From Acidimicrobiia bacterium (lineage in GTDB: Bacteria > Actinomycetota > Acidimicrobiia > IMCC26256 > JAMXLJ01), in NCBI GenBank assembly GCA_036558745.1, contig DATBEZ010000006.1, forward strand, positions 5,526 through 69,525: a stretch of DNA of 64,000 nt, in the 5' to 3' direction. The position numbers were made by a program, and so were the translations under genes. Shown here in pieces: positions 8,864 to 17,624 of this stretch; position 1 is the stretch's first letter, and each line of letters opens with the position of its first letter. The notes under the pieces are model-generated. The model searched no databases, was not told the origin of the DNA, and saw nothing but the letters and a program-made list of their open reading frames with translations.

Positions 8864-9934
8864 TCAGTCCCCTTCCAGCACGCAAACGAGGTTCTGCTGC
8901 AGGCACATGCCCGACGTCGCGTGGCCAACGGTGCGTGTGTGACCGCCTTCGACGATCTGCTTCGCGGCCTCCGCGATGCGCGCCAACCCGACCGCCATCA
9001 CGGGGTTCCCCGCAAGCGGACCGCCCGATGGGTTGATCGCGACGTCGTCGCCCAAGCCGAGCGCCTCCTTGAGCACCGGCTCCTGGTGCGAGAAGGTTGC
9101 GCTCAGCTCCGCGACCTCGATCGGCGCGTCGCCGACGCCCGCGGCCTGACCCGCGAGCTTCGTGGACGTCGACACGGTGAGATCGCGCATGCCCGGCTGG
9201 TGGGCCTCGATGCGGTGGTCGAGGCCGCGGATCCACGCCGGCCGCTCGCACACCTGGCGCGCCTTCTCGGCCGTCGCGAGGATCACCGCGGTCGCGCCGT
9301 CGGAGATCGGCGGCAGGTCGTGCGTGCGCAGCGGCGCGTTGACGTAGGGCTGCGCGAGCAGCTCGTCGACGTCGAACTCGCCCGTCACCTGCGCGTGCGG
9401 GTTCTTCATCGCGTCACGCCGGCTGCGCGCCGCGATCTCGGCCATCTGGCGCTCGGTGACCTTGCCCGCGTCGAGCAGCGCGCGGGCCTGGATCGCGGCC
9501 ATCGACACGGGATCGATCCCGAGCGGCGTCAACGTGTACGGGTCCATCTGCAGCGGATAGATCTCCGCGGGCTTCCCCGGTGACGACTTGCCCGAGCCGA
9601 ACACGAGCGCCGTCTCGATGTCCTCGTGCTGCAGGCGGACCCACGCCTCGTAGAGGGCCCACGCGCCGTCCATCTCGACGTGGCTCTCGCTGATCGGAGG
9701 CCACGCACCAACGGCTTCGAGGTTCATCACGAACGCGAACGTCTGCCCCGACAGGTAGTCGCAGCTTCCGGCGCACGTGAACCCGAGCTCGCGACGCGGG
9801 ATCTTCGACATCTCCAGCGCCTCGTTGATCACCGGGAACAGGAACTGCACCTCGGTGGCCTGCGCCTGACGCTCGTTGCGCGCCTGCGCGTACCCGATGA
9901 TCGCGATGTCCTTGAGCGGCTTCACTGCGGCCAT
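8864..9934 (-). CDS. thiolase-fold protein (second Ltp-like subunit)
   Basis: ORF 8864..9940 with KDIAIIGYAQARNE...INPSGGPLAGNPVMAVGLARIAEAAKQI. ATG 9934 overlaps the stop of the upstream DUF35 gene (ATGA). GTG 9940 is an alternative start. Confidence 0.8.
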   Translation of the reverse strand: MAAVKPLKDIAIIGYAQARNERQAQATEVQFLFPVINEALEMSKIPRRELGFTCAGSCDYLSGQTFAFVMNLEAVGAWPPISESHVEMDGAWALYEAWVRLQHEDIETALVFGSGKSSPGKPAEIYPLQMDPYTLTPLGIDPVSMAAIQARALLDAGKVTERQMAEIAARSRRDAMKNPHAQVTGEFDVDELLAQPYVNAPLRTHDLPPISDGATAVILATAEKARQVCERPAWIRGLDHRIEAHQPGMRDLTVSTSTKLAGQAAGVGDAPIEVAELSATFSHQEPVLKEALGLGDDVAINPSGGPLAGNPVMAVGLARIAEAAKQIVEGGHTRTVGHATSGMCLQQNLVCVLEGD

Positions 9935-10494
9935 CACCACACCTTGTCGCTGAAGCTCTCGGCCGGCGTGTCGGGCTCACCCGTCGGCTTGAACCCGAGC
10001 AGCGAGCCCTCGAGCGCGCTGCCCGAACGGTTGCCGATCTCGTCGACGTTGCGCTTGCCCTTCTTGGCCCAGACCGCCTTCACCCGCATGCCCGGGCGCA
10101 CCTCGTCGATGGGCGTGTCGAGGATGTCCTGGAGGATGAGCATGCCGCCCGGCGGGTCCAGCAGGATCGACGCCCGGACGAACGGCTCGGTCTCCTTCTG
10201 GCCGTAGTACTGGACCGGCGTGACGACGGTGTAGTTGGTGACCGTGCCCGCGTCGGCCAGCTGGATCTCGTTGCGCTCGTCGAGCTCGATCGTGTCAATC
10301 GGGCAGTACCCCTTCGGGGGGACGTAGACGAGCTTGCACTTCGGGCACTGCTGCGCGATGAGGCGGCCGTCCATCAGCGCGTCCCGGAAGCGCATGACCG
10401 GCGCGCTCACGATGTCGGAGTACGCCAGCGACATGAAGTACTCCATCATCGTGACCGGCTCGTTCGGGTCGGTCGACGTCGTGGTGTCGGTCAC
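9934..10494 (-). CDS. DUF35 (zinc-ribbon + OB-fold) protein
   Basis: C-terminal part of ORF 9934..11100 with GRLIAQQCPKCKLVYVPPKGYCPIDT (rubredoxin-like ribbon), then the OB-fold GTVTNYTVV...RPGMRVKAVW. The GTG start at 10494 overlaps the upstream stop (GTGA). Confidence 0.75.
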   Translation of the reverse strand: MTDTTTSTDPNEPVTMMEYFMSLAYSDIVSAPVMRFRDALMDGRLIAQQCPKCKLVYVPPKGYCPIDTIELDERNEIQLADAGTVTNYTVVTPVQYYGQKETEPFVRASILLDPPGGMLILQDILDTPIDEVRPGMRVKAVWAKKGKRNVDEIGNRSGSALEGSLLGFKPTGEPDTPAESFSDKVW

Positions 10495-10961
10495 GCGGCA
10501 CCTCCCTCGGGCACGAAGCACTCGATGTCGTCGATGCGGCCCTTGCGCTCGTCGCGAAAGCGCGCCGTGACCCGCATCCCGGTCTTCATCGCGTCGATGG
10601 AGCCCGCGTCGACCGCGTGGACCATCGCGGTGTCGGCGCCGTCGAGCTTGACCAGCGCGAACGCGAACGGCCGGTCGAGCGGGTGCTTGCGCGTCGGCTC
10701 CGTCACCCACGACCACGCGGTCACCGTGCCACCCGGCCCGACCTCGACGAAGTCGGGTTTGAGCGCGTTCCCGGTATCGGGGTCGTACTCGAGCGGCGGG
10801 ACGATCACGCGCTTCCCGTCGCGGATGCCGAGGATCTTCCCGTCGCGCAAGCCGGTGAAGAACGGCCCGATGACCGGCCCCAACGTGCGCGTGTACGGGA
10901 ACTCGATCGTGTGGGTGGTGGCCCGTAGCTCCGTCACGTCCCCGAGTAGAACACATTCCAT
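10491..10961 (-). CDS. DUF35-family OB-fold protein (first gene of the DUF35-DUF35-Ltp-Ltp operon)
   Basis: 156 aa with GTVTAWSWVTEP...FAFALVKLDGADTAMVHAVD...MKTGMRVTARF, typical of the DUF35 OB-fold. The true start may be a downstream GTG. Confidence 0.7.
   Translation of the reverse strand: MECVLLGDVTELRATTHTIEFPYTRTLGPVIGPFFTGLRDGKILGIRDGKRVIVPPLEYDPDTGNALKPDFVEVGPGGTVTAWSWVTEPTRKHPLDRPFAFALVKLDGADTAMVHAVDAGSIDAMKTGMRVTARFRDERKGRIDDIECFVPEGGAA
10947..10960. promoter_or_regulatory. near-consensus KstR operator (TAGAACACATTCCA; 1 mismatch to TnnAACnnGTTnnA)
   Basis: Read directly. It lies between the kstR stop (11001) and the DUF35 operon, overlapping the first candidate start codon. Confidence 0.4.
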
Positions 10962-11000
10962 TTCTGAGCGGCAACCGGAGCGGGCGAGTCGGAAACGGCC

Positions 11001-11588
11001 TCAGGTCGGGAGGAGGAGGCGGGCGGCGGACTCGAGCTCGTCGCCGACGTCGCCGACGTTGGACCAGTCGTTGACCCAGCCGAGCAACGACGAGAACCAC
11101 ACGTGCGAGAGCACGGTCACGACGTCCCTCGCGCGCGCGGGGTCGACGTCGTCGCCCATCGGTCCCGACAACAACTGCATCATGAGCACCGTCATCTGCG
11201 CCTGGCAGTCGGCCACCGCGGGATCCGGTGACGAGATGGCCGTCACCATCGCCTTGCCGAGCCGGGGCTGACGCTCGATCGCCCGCATCGCGCGACGCAC
11301 CACGTCGACGACGCGGTCGGCCGCGGTCGCACCCCGCGGCGGTTGCCGCTCGATCCGGCCCTGGATGTCGCTCGAGAACTCGACGAGCGTCGCCGCGAGC
11401 AGATGATCCTTCGACGCGAAGTAGCGGTAGATCGTGCCCAGCGCGACGTGCGCCCGCGAGGCGACATCACGCATCTGCACCGCGTCGTACCCGCCCTCGG
11501 CCGCCAGCTCCATCGCGGCCTTGATCACCCGCTCGCGCCGGGCCGCCTGGTTCCTGGTGAGGGCCTCACCGTTCGCGTCGACGACCAC
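11001..11588 (-). CDS. kstR: TetR-family repressor, KstR orthologue
   Basis: RERVIKAAMELAAEGGYDAVQMRDVASRAHVALGTIYRYFASKDHLLAATL and VLSHVWFSSLLGWV...AARLLL line up closely with my recollection of M. tuberculosis KstR (RKRILDATMAIASKGGYEAVQMRAVADRADVAVGTLYRYFPSKVHLLVSAL ... VISDVWLSNLLAWL...AVRLLI). Confidence 0.8.
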   Translation of the reverse strand: MVVDANGEALTRNQAARRERVIKAAMELAAEGGYDAVQMRDVASRAHVALGTIYRYFASKDHLLAATLVEFSSDIQGRIERQPPRGATAADRVVDVVRRAMRAIERQPRLGKAMVTAISSPDPAVADCQAQMTVLMMQLLSGPMGDDVDPARARDVVTVLSHVWFSSLLGWVNDWSNVGDVGDELESAARLLLPT

Positions 11589-11606
11589 GTCGCCACGCTA
11601 ACGCGA

Positions 11607-13136
11607 CTACGTCTGTGGGCAACTCTCCCGGGGCGGCTTCGGCGCGACGACACCCGTGGTCGTGGTGGTCGTCGACGACGAGCTCGTCGCGGCTTGTTGC
11701 GCCGCCTGTGCCTCGGCGACGTACAGGATCACCGGGGAGACGACCTGCTTGAAGTCCGCGCCGAGGAGGATGACGACCGCGTCGTCGGGAAGGTTCGGAT
11801 CGTCGACGAGCCGACCGGCGCCACCGAGATAGGTCTGGACCGCGCGCGCCGCATCGAGCTGCTGCGGGCGGTAGTGGACCTCGGTGATAGCCGCCGGAGC
11901 GCTTGCGTCGCCGGCACCCGCGCTCACGAAGTGGTACTGCGTGACGAGCGTCTGCAATACCGAGTTGGCCTGGTTGGCGACGCCGGTGCCGTTGAGCACG
12001 TGCACCTTGATCTGGTCGGGCGGGATGTTCTTGGGCGGAGCGGGCGTGCCGCCGAACGTGTTCAACCGCTGGAACAGGTCGTCGGCGTCGGGCTGCTTGA
12101 GCACGAGGTTCACGTTGTCGCCCGCACCCTGCACGGGCAGCGTCATCGTCTGGAGCCCGTTCGGGTCGGACGGATCGACGTCGCGGAACGCACGAACGAG
12201 CGCGAGCAGCTCGCTGTGCTTGTTCGCGAGCGCGTCGTCGACCTTGAGCTTGCCGACGACGCTGTTCGCGATGTCGTTCGCCGCGAACACGTCGCTCTCC
12301 GACTTCTTGAACGCCAGTGTCGCGAGCTGCCGGATGAAGTCCTGCTGACGCGCGACGCGGTCCAGGTCGCCGCGCGGGCTGGCATCACGCCACCTCCCGT
12401 CCCGGTAGAAGAGAAGATGCCGCGCGCGCACGTATTGGAGCGCCTGTTGCCCGTTCAGCTTGAACGTTCCGGCCGACGGCTCGTAGAGACCGGTGCAGAG
12501 GTCGTAGGCCGGCGCCGGGAACGAGACCGGAACGCTGCCGATGGCGTCGACGATGCCCGCGAACGAGTCGAACCCGACCTCGACGTAGTGACTGATCTTG
12601 ATGCCGAAGTCGCTCTGGATCGTGTCGATGAGAAGCTGGGGCCCACCGTTGAACGCGGCGTTGATCTTCTGACGGCCCTTGCCCGGGATGTTCACGAGTG
12701 TGTCGCGGGGCAGCGACACCACGAGCATCCGCTTCTGCGAGGGGTCGACGTGCACGATCATCATCGTGTCGGAGCGTTGGCCGCCTTCCTGTTGCGCGCT
12801 CCCGAAGGCCTGGTTCTGCTGCGCGGTCTGGTCGAGCGTGCGCGCGTCCGACCCGATGACGAGGAAGTTGCCCGCGTTCGCCGCGGGTTCCTTGGCGAGC
12901 TCCAGGTTGTGCACGTGGCCGATGCGCGACAGCTTCTGGTTGACTCCGGCCCTCACACCGACGAGCCCGCCGACGATCACGATGCAACAGAGACCGAGCG
13001 CGATCAGGTACCGGCGGGCGAAGCGGTCCCATGCCACCGCTGGCATCTTCATGCGAGGCTTCGCGCTCGCCGCGCGCCGCTCCGCCCTGGTGGGTGGCCG
13101 CGCGTCGTCGGCGGACTCGGACGCTTCGCGCCGCAT
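11607..13136 (-). CDS. LCP (LytR-CpsA-Psr) family cell-envelope glycopolymer transferase with LytR_C domain
   Basis: Internal ATG 13136 of ORF 11607..13379. A TM segment (YLIALGLCCIVIVGGLVGV) is followed by FLVIGSDAR...RSDTMMIVHVDPSQKRMLVVSLPRDT...INAAF. The C-terminus is IKVHVLNGTGVANQA. Confidence 0.85.
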   Translation of the reverse strand: MRREASESADDARPPTRAERRAASAKPRMKMPAVAWDRFARRYLIALGLCCIVIVGGLVGVRAGVNQKLSRIGHVHNLELAKEPAANAGNFLVIGSDARTLDQTAQQNQAFGSAQQEGGQRSDTMMIVHVDPSQKRMLVVSLPRDTLVNIPGKGRQKINAAFNGGPQLLIDTIQSDFGIKISHYVEVGFDSFAGIVDAIGSVPVSFPAPAYDLCTGLYEPSAGTFKLNGQQALQYVRARHLLFYRDGRWRDASPRGDLDRVARQQDFIRQLATLAFKKSESDVFAANDIANSVVGKLKVDDALANKHSELLALVRAFRDVDPSDPNGLQTMTLPVQGAGDNVNLVLKQPDADDLFQRLNTFGGTPAPPKNIPPDQIKVHVLNGTGVANQANSVLQTLVTQYHFVSAGAGDASAPAAITEVHYRPQQLDAARAVQTYLGGAGRLVDDPNLPDDAVVILLGADFKQVVSPVILYVAEAQAAQQAATSSSSTTTTTTGVVAPKPPRESCPQT

Positions 13137-13170
13137 CGGTGCGTCCGGCTCGTCGGGCGTATCGCGCGTG

Positions 13171-13689
13171 TCAGGCACCGCACGCCTCGCCCGCCGTGCC
13201 GGCGAGGTTCCCCGCGATGCGCGCCATGGCGTCGTCGAGGATCGCGGCGGTCCGCAAGTAGGTCTCGAGCGGTTCGCCGACCGGGTCCGAGACCTCGTCC
13301 TGCGGGTGCCCGATGGGCCGTCCGGGCTCGCGCAGCGCGGCGACACGGGCAAGCCAGTCGCGCACGGGCTCGTCCGCACCGCGCGGCCCGGTCCGCACGC
13401 CGAGGCGGGCCAGCTCGCGCACCATGAACACCCGGTCGCGCGCGTCAGGAGCGCGCAGCGCGACGAAGTCGACGTGTGCTCGGGTCATGGCGAGGACCAG
13501 GTCGGCGTGGGCGATGAGCTCCGGCGTGAGGGGTCGGCTGCGGTGCTGGGTCACGTCCAGCCCGTGCTGGCGCATGGCCGTGATCGCCTCGTCGGTCGCC
13601 CGTCCACGCCAGCGCATCGTGCCCGCGGAGTGCACACGCGCGTCGACGCCCTGCGCCTCGAGGTGGTGGCGGAGCAGGGCCTCGCCCAT
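13171..13689 (-). CDS. low-molecular-weight protein tyrosine phosphatase / ArsC-type. The catalytic P-loop is encoded upstream of the listed ATG (see finding).
   Basis: ORF 13171..13689 begins at MGEALLRHHLE. The in-frame upstream codons read IDILVICTGNICRSP, which is the CX5R(S) P-loop. Confidence 0.75.
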   Translation of the reverse strand: MGEALLRHHLEAQGVDARVHSAGTMRWRGRATDEAITAMRQHGLDVTQHRSRPLTPELIAHADLVLAMTRAHVDFVALRAPDARDRVFMVRELARLGVRTGPRGADEPVRDWLARVAALREPGRPIGHPQDEVSDPVGEPLETYLRTAAILDDAMARIAGNLAGTAGEACGA

Positions 13690-13828
13690 GGGGGAGCGGC
13701 AGATGTTGCCGGTGCAGATGACGAGGATGTCGATGCCGCCGGAGTGTAGGAGGAGAGGTTGTCTGGACGGTCGCGCTCACCGTGGTGACAAGCTCGGGGG
13801 CCCGAAACGAAGCGACGAGGAGGACCAG

Positions 13829-15025
13829 ATGGGACCGCTCGATGGGGTGCGGGTCGTCGAGCTCGGCGTGTGGGTCGCAGGGCCGGGGGCCGGGGGCGTC
13901 CTCGCCGACTGGGGCGCCGACGTGGTCAAGATCGAGCCGCCGACGGGTGACCCGGCCCGGTCGTTCGCCTCGATGCTCGGCGGCGACCTCCCGTTCAACC
14001 CGCCCTTCGAGCTCGACAATCGCTCGAAGCGCAGCATCGTCATCGATCTCACGACCGACGACGGCCGGGACCTCGCGTACCGCCTCCTCGACGACGCCGA
14101 CGTGTTCGTCACCAATGTGCGTCTCGCCGCGCTCGCCCGCCTCGGCCTCGACCACGACACGCTCACCGGTCGCTTCCCCCGCCTCGTGTACGCCGCGATC
14201 ACCGGGTACGGGCTCGACGGTCCCGACAGGGACCGCGCCGCATATGACATCGGCGCGTTCTGGGCGCGCTCCGGACTCGCGAGCCTGCTCACGTCACCGG
14301 GCGCGCACCCGCCGTTCCAGCGCGGCGGCATGGGTGACCACTCCGCGGGCATGAGCCTCGCCGCGGGTGTGTGCGCCGCGCTCGTCGCGCGCGAGCGCAC
14401 GGGTCGCGGCCAGCTCGTCTCGACGTCGCTGCTGCGCCAGGGCATGTACACGATCGGGTTCGACGTCAACACAACGTTGCGGTTCGGCGTGTCGATCGGC
14501 GTGGCCACGCGCGAGTCGATGGGCAACCCGGTCATCAACAGCTACCGCGACCGCGACGGACGATGGTTCTGGCTGATCGGCCTCGAGGGCGAGCGCCACT
14601 GGCCCGACCTCTGCCGCGCGGTCGGTCACCCCGAGTGGATCGAGGACGAACGCTTCGGTGACGCACGCGGCCGGCGCAAGAACAGCGCCCAGCTGTGTGG
14701 CCTGCTCGACGAGATCTTCGCGACCCGTGGTCGCGACGAGTGGGGTGAGGTCTTCGACCGCGAGAACGTGTGGTGGGCACCCGTGCAGAGCGTCGACGAG
14801 GTGGTCGACGACCCGCAGGCCCGCGCCGCCGGTGCGTTGGTGGAGGTCCCCGACGACGGGGGCACGGCGACGATGGTCGCGACACCGGTCGACTTCGCGG
14901 ACACGCCGTGGCAGCCGCGCTCGATGCCGCCGGAGCTCGGCCAGCACACGGACGCGATCCTCGACGAGTTGGGGATGCGCGACGACGAGATCACATCGCT
15001 GCGCGAGCGCGGCATCGTCGCGTGA
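13829..15025 (+). CDS. CoA-transferase family III (CaiB/BaiF)
   Basis: Internal ATG of ORF 13313..15025, preceded by GAGGAGGA. It reads MGPLDGVRVVELGVWVAGPGAGGVLADWGADVVKIEPPTGDPAR. Confidence 0.9.
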   Translation: MGPLDGVRVVELGVWVAGPGAGGVLADWGADVVKIEPPTGDPARSFASMLGGDLPFNPPFELDNRSKRSIVIDLTTDDGRDLAYRLLDDADVFVTNVRLAALARLGLDHDTLTGRFPRLVYAAITGYGLDGPDRDRAAYDIGAFWARSGLASLLTSPGAHPPFQRGGMGDHSAGMSLAAGVCAALVARERTGRGQLVSTSLLRQGMYTIGFDVNTTLRFGVSIGVATRESMGNPVINSYRDRDGRWFWLIGLEGERHWPDLCRAVGHPEWIEDERFGDARGRRKNSAQLCGLLDEIFATRGRDEWGEVFDRENVWWAPVQSVDEVVDDPQARAAGALVEVPDDGGTATMVATPVDFADTPWQPRSMPPELGQHTDAILDELGMRDDEITSLRERGIVA

Positions 15026-15118
15026 GCGAGCGGAGCACGACGTCGACGTCGCCCGGCGACAGCACAGCGCGGAGCGAGCGCGCAGAGGTCGTCGCTTGAT
15101 TCCTGCCCGGGACCCGAG

Positions 15119-16744
15119 GTGATCCACGAGTCGTACGCGACGGTGTGGGAGGCCGTCGCCGACGCGGTTCCCGACGCCTCCGCGCTCGTCCAGGGGGACC
15201 GGCGCATCCGCTGGCGCGACTTCGAGCAGCGCGCAGCACGGCTGGCAGGCGCCCTGACCGAGCGCGGCGTCGCCCGCGACAGCAAGATCGCGCTGTACCT
15301 GTTCAACGCCCCCGAACACCTCGAAGCAGAGTTCGCCGCGTTCAAGCTGCGCGCGATCCCCGTCAACGTGAACTTCCGCTATCGGGAGCACGAGCTCGCG
15401 TCGCTGCTCGACAACGCCGACGCGGAGGTGCTGCTGTACCACCGCAGCCTCGCCGATCGCGTGGAGGGGGTGCGCGCGCACCTCGAACGGCTGCGGGTGC
15501 TCGTCGAGCTCCACGACGAGGGTGCCTCGACACCGCCCGTGCTCGACGGCGCCGTCGCGTACGACGAGCTCGTCGCGCACGGGCCGGTCGCGCCGCGCAT
15601 CGAGCGCTCCGGTGACGACCTGCTGTTCTGGTACACGGGCGGGACCACCGGGCTCCCCAAGGGCGTCATGTGGCACCAGGGCACGCTTCTCGCGTACGGG
15701 CTTCGCGGCGCCTACACGCTGCAGGACGCGACGCCGCCAGAGACGGCCGTGGGCGTGGCCGACGACGCGGTGCGCTTTCGCTCGCGCGGCACCGCACCCG
15801 TCCAGCTCCCGGGATCGCCACTCGTGCACGCGACCGCGGTGAACGCCGCGAACCAGGCGCTGTCGCTCGGCGGCACGGTCGTGCTGCTCCCGTCGCGCCG
15901 CTTCGACGCCGAGGAGCTCTGGCGCGCCGTCGAACGGGAACGAGTCACGAACGTCACGATCGTCGGCGACGCCATGGGACGGCGCATGGTCGCCGCCCTG
16001 GAAGCGGCCGAAGCGCGAGGCGAGCCGTACGACCTGTCGTCGGTGCGTCGCATCCTCAGTTCGGGCGCGATGTGGAGCGCGCCCGTGAAGGATGCCTTGC
16101 TCGCGTGCGGCGCGGCGCTCGACCTCTACGACGCGCTCGGCTCCAGCGAGGGCGTGGGCTACGCGCTCACGATCGTCGACCGCGTCGGCGACGCGGCAAC
16201 CGCGCGCTTCCGGCTCGGCGAGCTCGCGGCGGTGCTCGACGACGACGGCCGTCGGCTCGCGCCCGGCGACGGAGTCGGCGTGCTCGCGGCCCGGACCTTC
16301 GTCGCGACCGGCTACTACAAGGACCCGGCCGCGAGCGCGCGGGTGTTCCGCGAGGTCGACGGCGAGCGATGGGCGGTGCCCGGCGACTTCGCGCGGCTCG
16401 AGCCCGACGGGACGGTCACCCTGCTCGGCCGTGGCTCCGGCTGCATCAGCACCGGCGGCGAGAAGGTGTATCCGGAGGAGGTCGAGGAGGTGCTCAAGGA
16501 GCACCCGGCCGTCGCGGACTGCGTCGTGGTCGGGATCCCGCACCCCGAATGGGGCGAGTGCGTCGCTGCAGTCGTCGCGGCACGAGAGCGCACGACGGTC
16601 ACGGCGGACGAGCTCGCGAGCTGGGTCGGCGCGCGCCTCGCGTCCTACAAGCGGCCGCGCCACATCACGGTCGTCGACGAGGTGCGCCGCACGTCGGTGG
16701 GCAAGGCCGACTACGCGTGGGCCCGCGACGCGCTCACCCGCTGA
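15119..16744 (+). CDS. acyl-CoA synthetase / AMP-dependent ligase
   Basis: 541 aa with the adenylate-forming motifs WYTGGTTGLPKGVMW, GDFARLEPDGTVTLLGR and ISTGGEKVYPEEVE...YKRPR. Confidence 0.85.
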   Translation: MIHESYATVWEAVADAVPDASALVQGDRRIRWRDFEQRAARLAGALTERGVARDSKIALYLFNAPEHLEAEFAAFKLRAIPVNVNFRYREHELASLLDNADAEVLLYHRSLADRVEGVRAHLERLRVLVELHDEGASTPPVLDGAVAYDELVAHGPVAPRIERSGDDLLFWYTGGTTGLPKGVMWHQGTLLAYGLRGAYTLQDATPPETAVGVADDAVRFRSRGTAPVQLPGSPLVHATAVNAANQALSLGGTVVLLPSRRFDAEELWRAVERERVTNVTIVGDAMGRRMVAALEAAEARGEPYDLSSVRRILSSGAMWSAPVKDALLACGAALDLYDALGSSEGVGYALTIVDRVGDAATARFRLGELAAVLDDDGRRLAPGDGVGVLAARTFVATGYYKDPAASARVFREVDGERWAVPGDFARLEPDGTVTLLGRGSGCISTGGEKVYPEEVEEVLKEHPAVADCVVVGIPHPEWGECVAAVVAARERTTVTADELASWVGARLASYKRPRHITVVDEVRRTSVGKADYAWARDALTR

Positions 16745-17612
16745 GCCGCTCGCGCACGAGCGCGTCGGCGCGGGCGGTGTCCTCCTGCAGGAAGAAGTGG
16801 CCACCGTCGAGCTGCACGAACGGGGAGCCGGCGCGCTCGGCCTGAGCCGCGAACCACTCCGCCGGCAGGTTCGAGCGGGTCCCCGCGGCCACGGTCGCGG
16901 TCGCGCGCAGCGACGCGAGGTGCCCCCACGCCTCACGTGCGCCGCGCTCGTCGCCCGACACCTCGAACACCGTCGCCTCGGCCTCGGGCCGGCACGCGAG
17001 CTCGACCTGACCGTCGGAGCGCTCGACCGTCCCCCACAGCACGTACGCGTCGAGCGACTCGCGTGCGAGCTCGTTCAACGGGGGACGGCTGCCGTACGAC
17101 GCGATCATCGTCGCCCGGTCGGGCCAGACCGCGCGACGCTTGCGCGCGATCGTCGCCATGTAGTTGCTGTTCTCGCCGGGCACTGCGGCGGCGCCGGGAA
17201 CGATGTCGCCGATCGAGAATGCGATCGCCTCGCACAGCAGCACGCGCCGTATCGTGCCGGGACGGACGCGGTCGATCACGACCGCGACGCCGCCTCCGAG
17301 CGACTCGCCGAGCGCCACGCACTCGCTCACGTCGAGCGCGTCCAGCACCGCGAGCACGTCGCGGGCCATGTGCTCGTACGCGTACCCGTCCACCGTCGCG
17401 GGCTCGTCGGTGCCGCCGTGGCCACGCAGGTCGACGCCGATGGGCCGGAACGCGTCGCGCAGACGCCGTGCGAGCGGGTCGAACAGCCCCGCGCAAAAGC
17501 CGTTGGGGTGCAGCAGCAACAAAGGCGGACCGTCGCCACCCCAGTCAAGCGCGGCGATGCGTAGGCCGTCGTTGCCGACGACGACCGGTCGAGGTTCCGG
17601 GTCGGCCGGCAA
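16734..17612 (-). CDS. alpha/beta hydrolase
   Basis: PPLLLLHPNGF plus the nucleophile elbow GESLGG. TTG start. Its 3' end overlaps the convergent ligase gene by 11 nt. Confidence 0.75.
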   Translation of the reverse strand: MPADPEPRPVVVGNDGLRIAALDWGGDGPPLLLLHPNGFCAGLFDPLARRLRDAFRPIGVDLRGHGGTDEPATVDGYAYEHMARDVLAVLDALDVSECVALGESLGGGVAVVIDRVRPGTIRRVLLCEAIAFSIGDIVPGAAAVPGENSNYMATIARKRRAVWPDRATMIASYGSRPPLNELARESLDAYVLWGTVERSDGQVELACRPEAEATVFEVSGDERGAREAWGHLASLRATATVAAGTRSNLPAEWFAAQAERAGSPFVQLDGGHFFLQEDTARADALVRERLSG

Positions 17613-17624
17613 GCGCGAGGTGGG

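Noticed and set aside
11589-11606. CTAACGCGACTA upstream of kstR as an autoregulatory KstR box
   Set aside because: It has four mismatches to the consensus, and the spacer to the upstream LCP gene is only 18 nt.
15026-15118. Possible fifth, degenerate copy of the start-codon-abutting repeat upstream of the ligase GTG (contains GTGAGCGAGCGGAGC and GGAGCGAGCGCGCAGAGGTCGTCGCT)
   Set aside because: Similarity is confined to short GAGCGAG-type words that are common in this GC-rich DNA. The block order and both hairpins are not preserved.
14294-16936. 880-aa minus-strand ORF spanning the CoA-transferase and ligase genes
   Set aside because: It is antisense to two well-supported plus-strand genes. 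Its composition is low-complexity Arg/Ala/Gly/Val with no domain signature.
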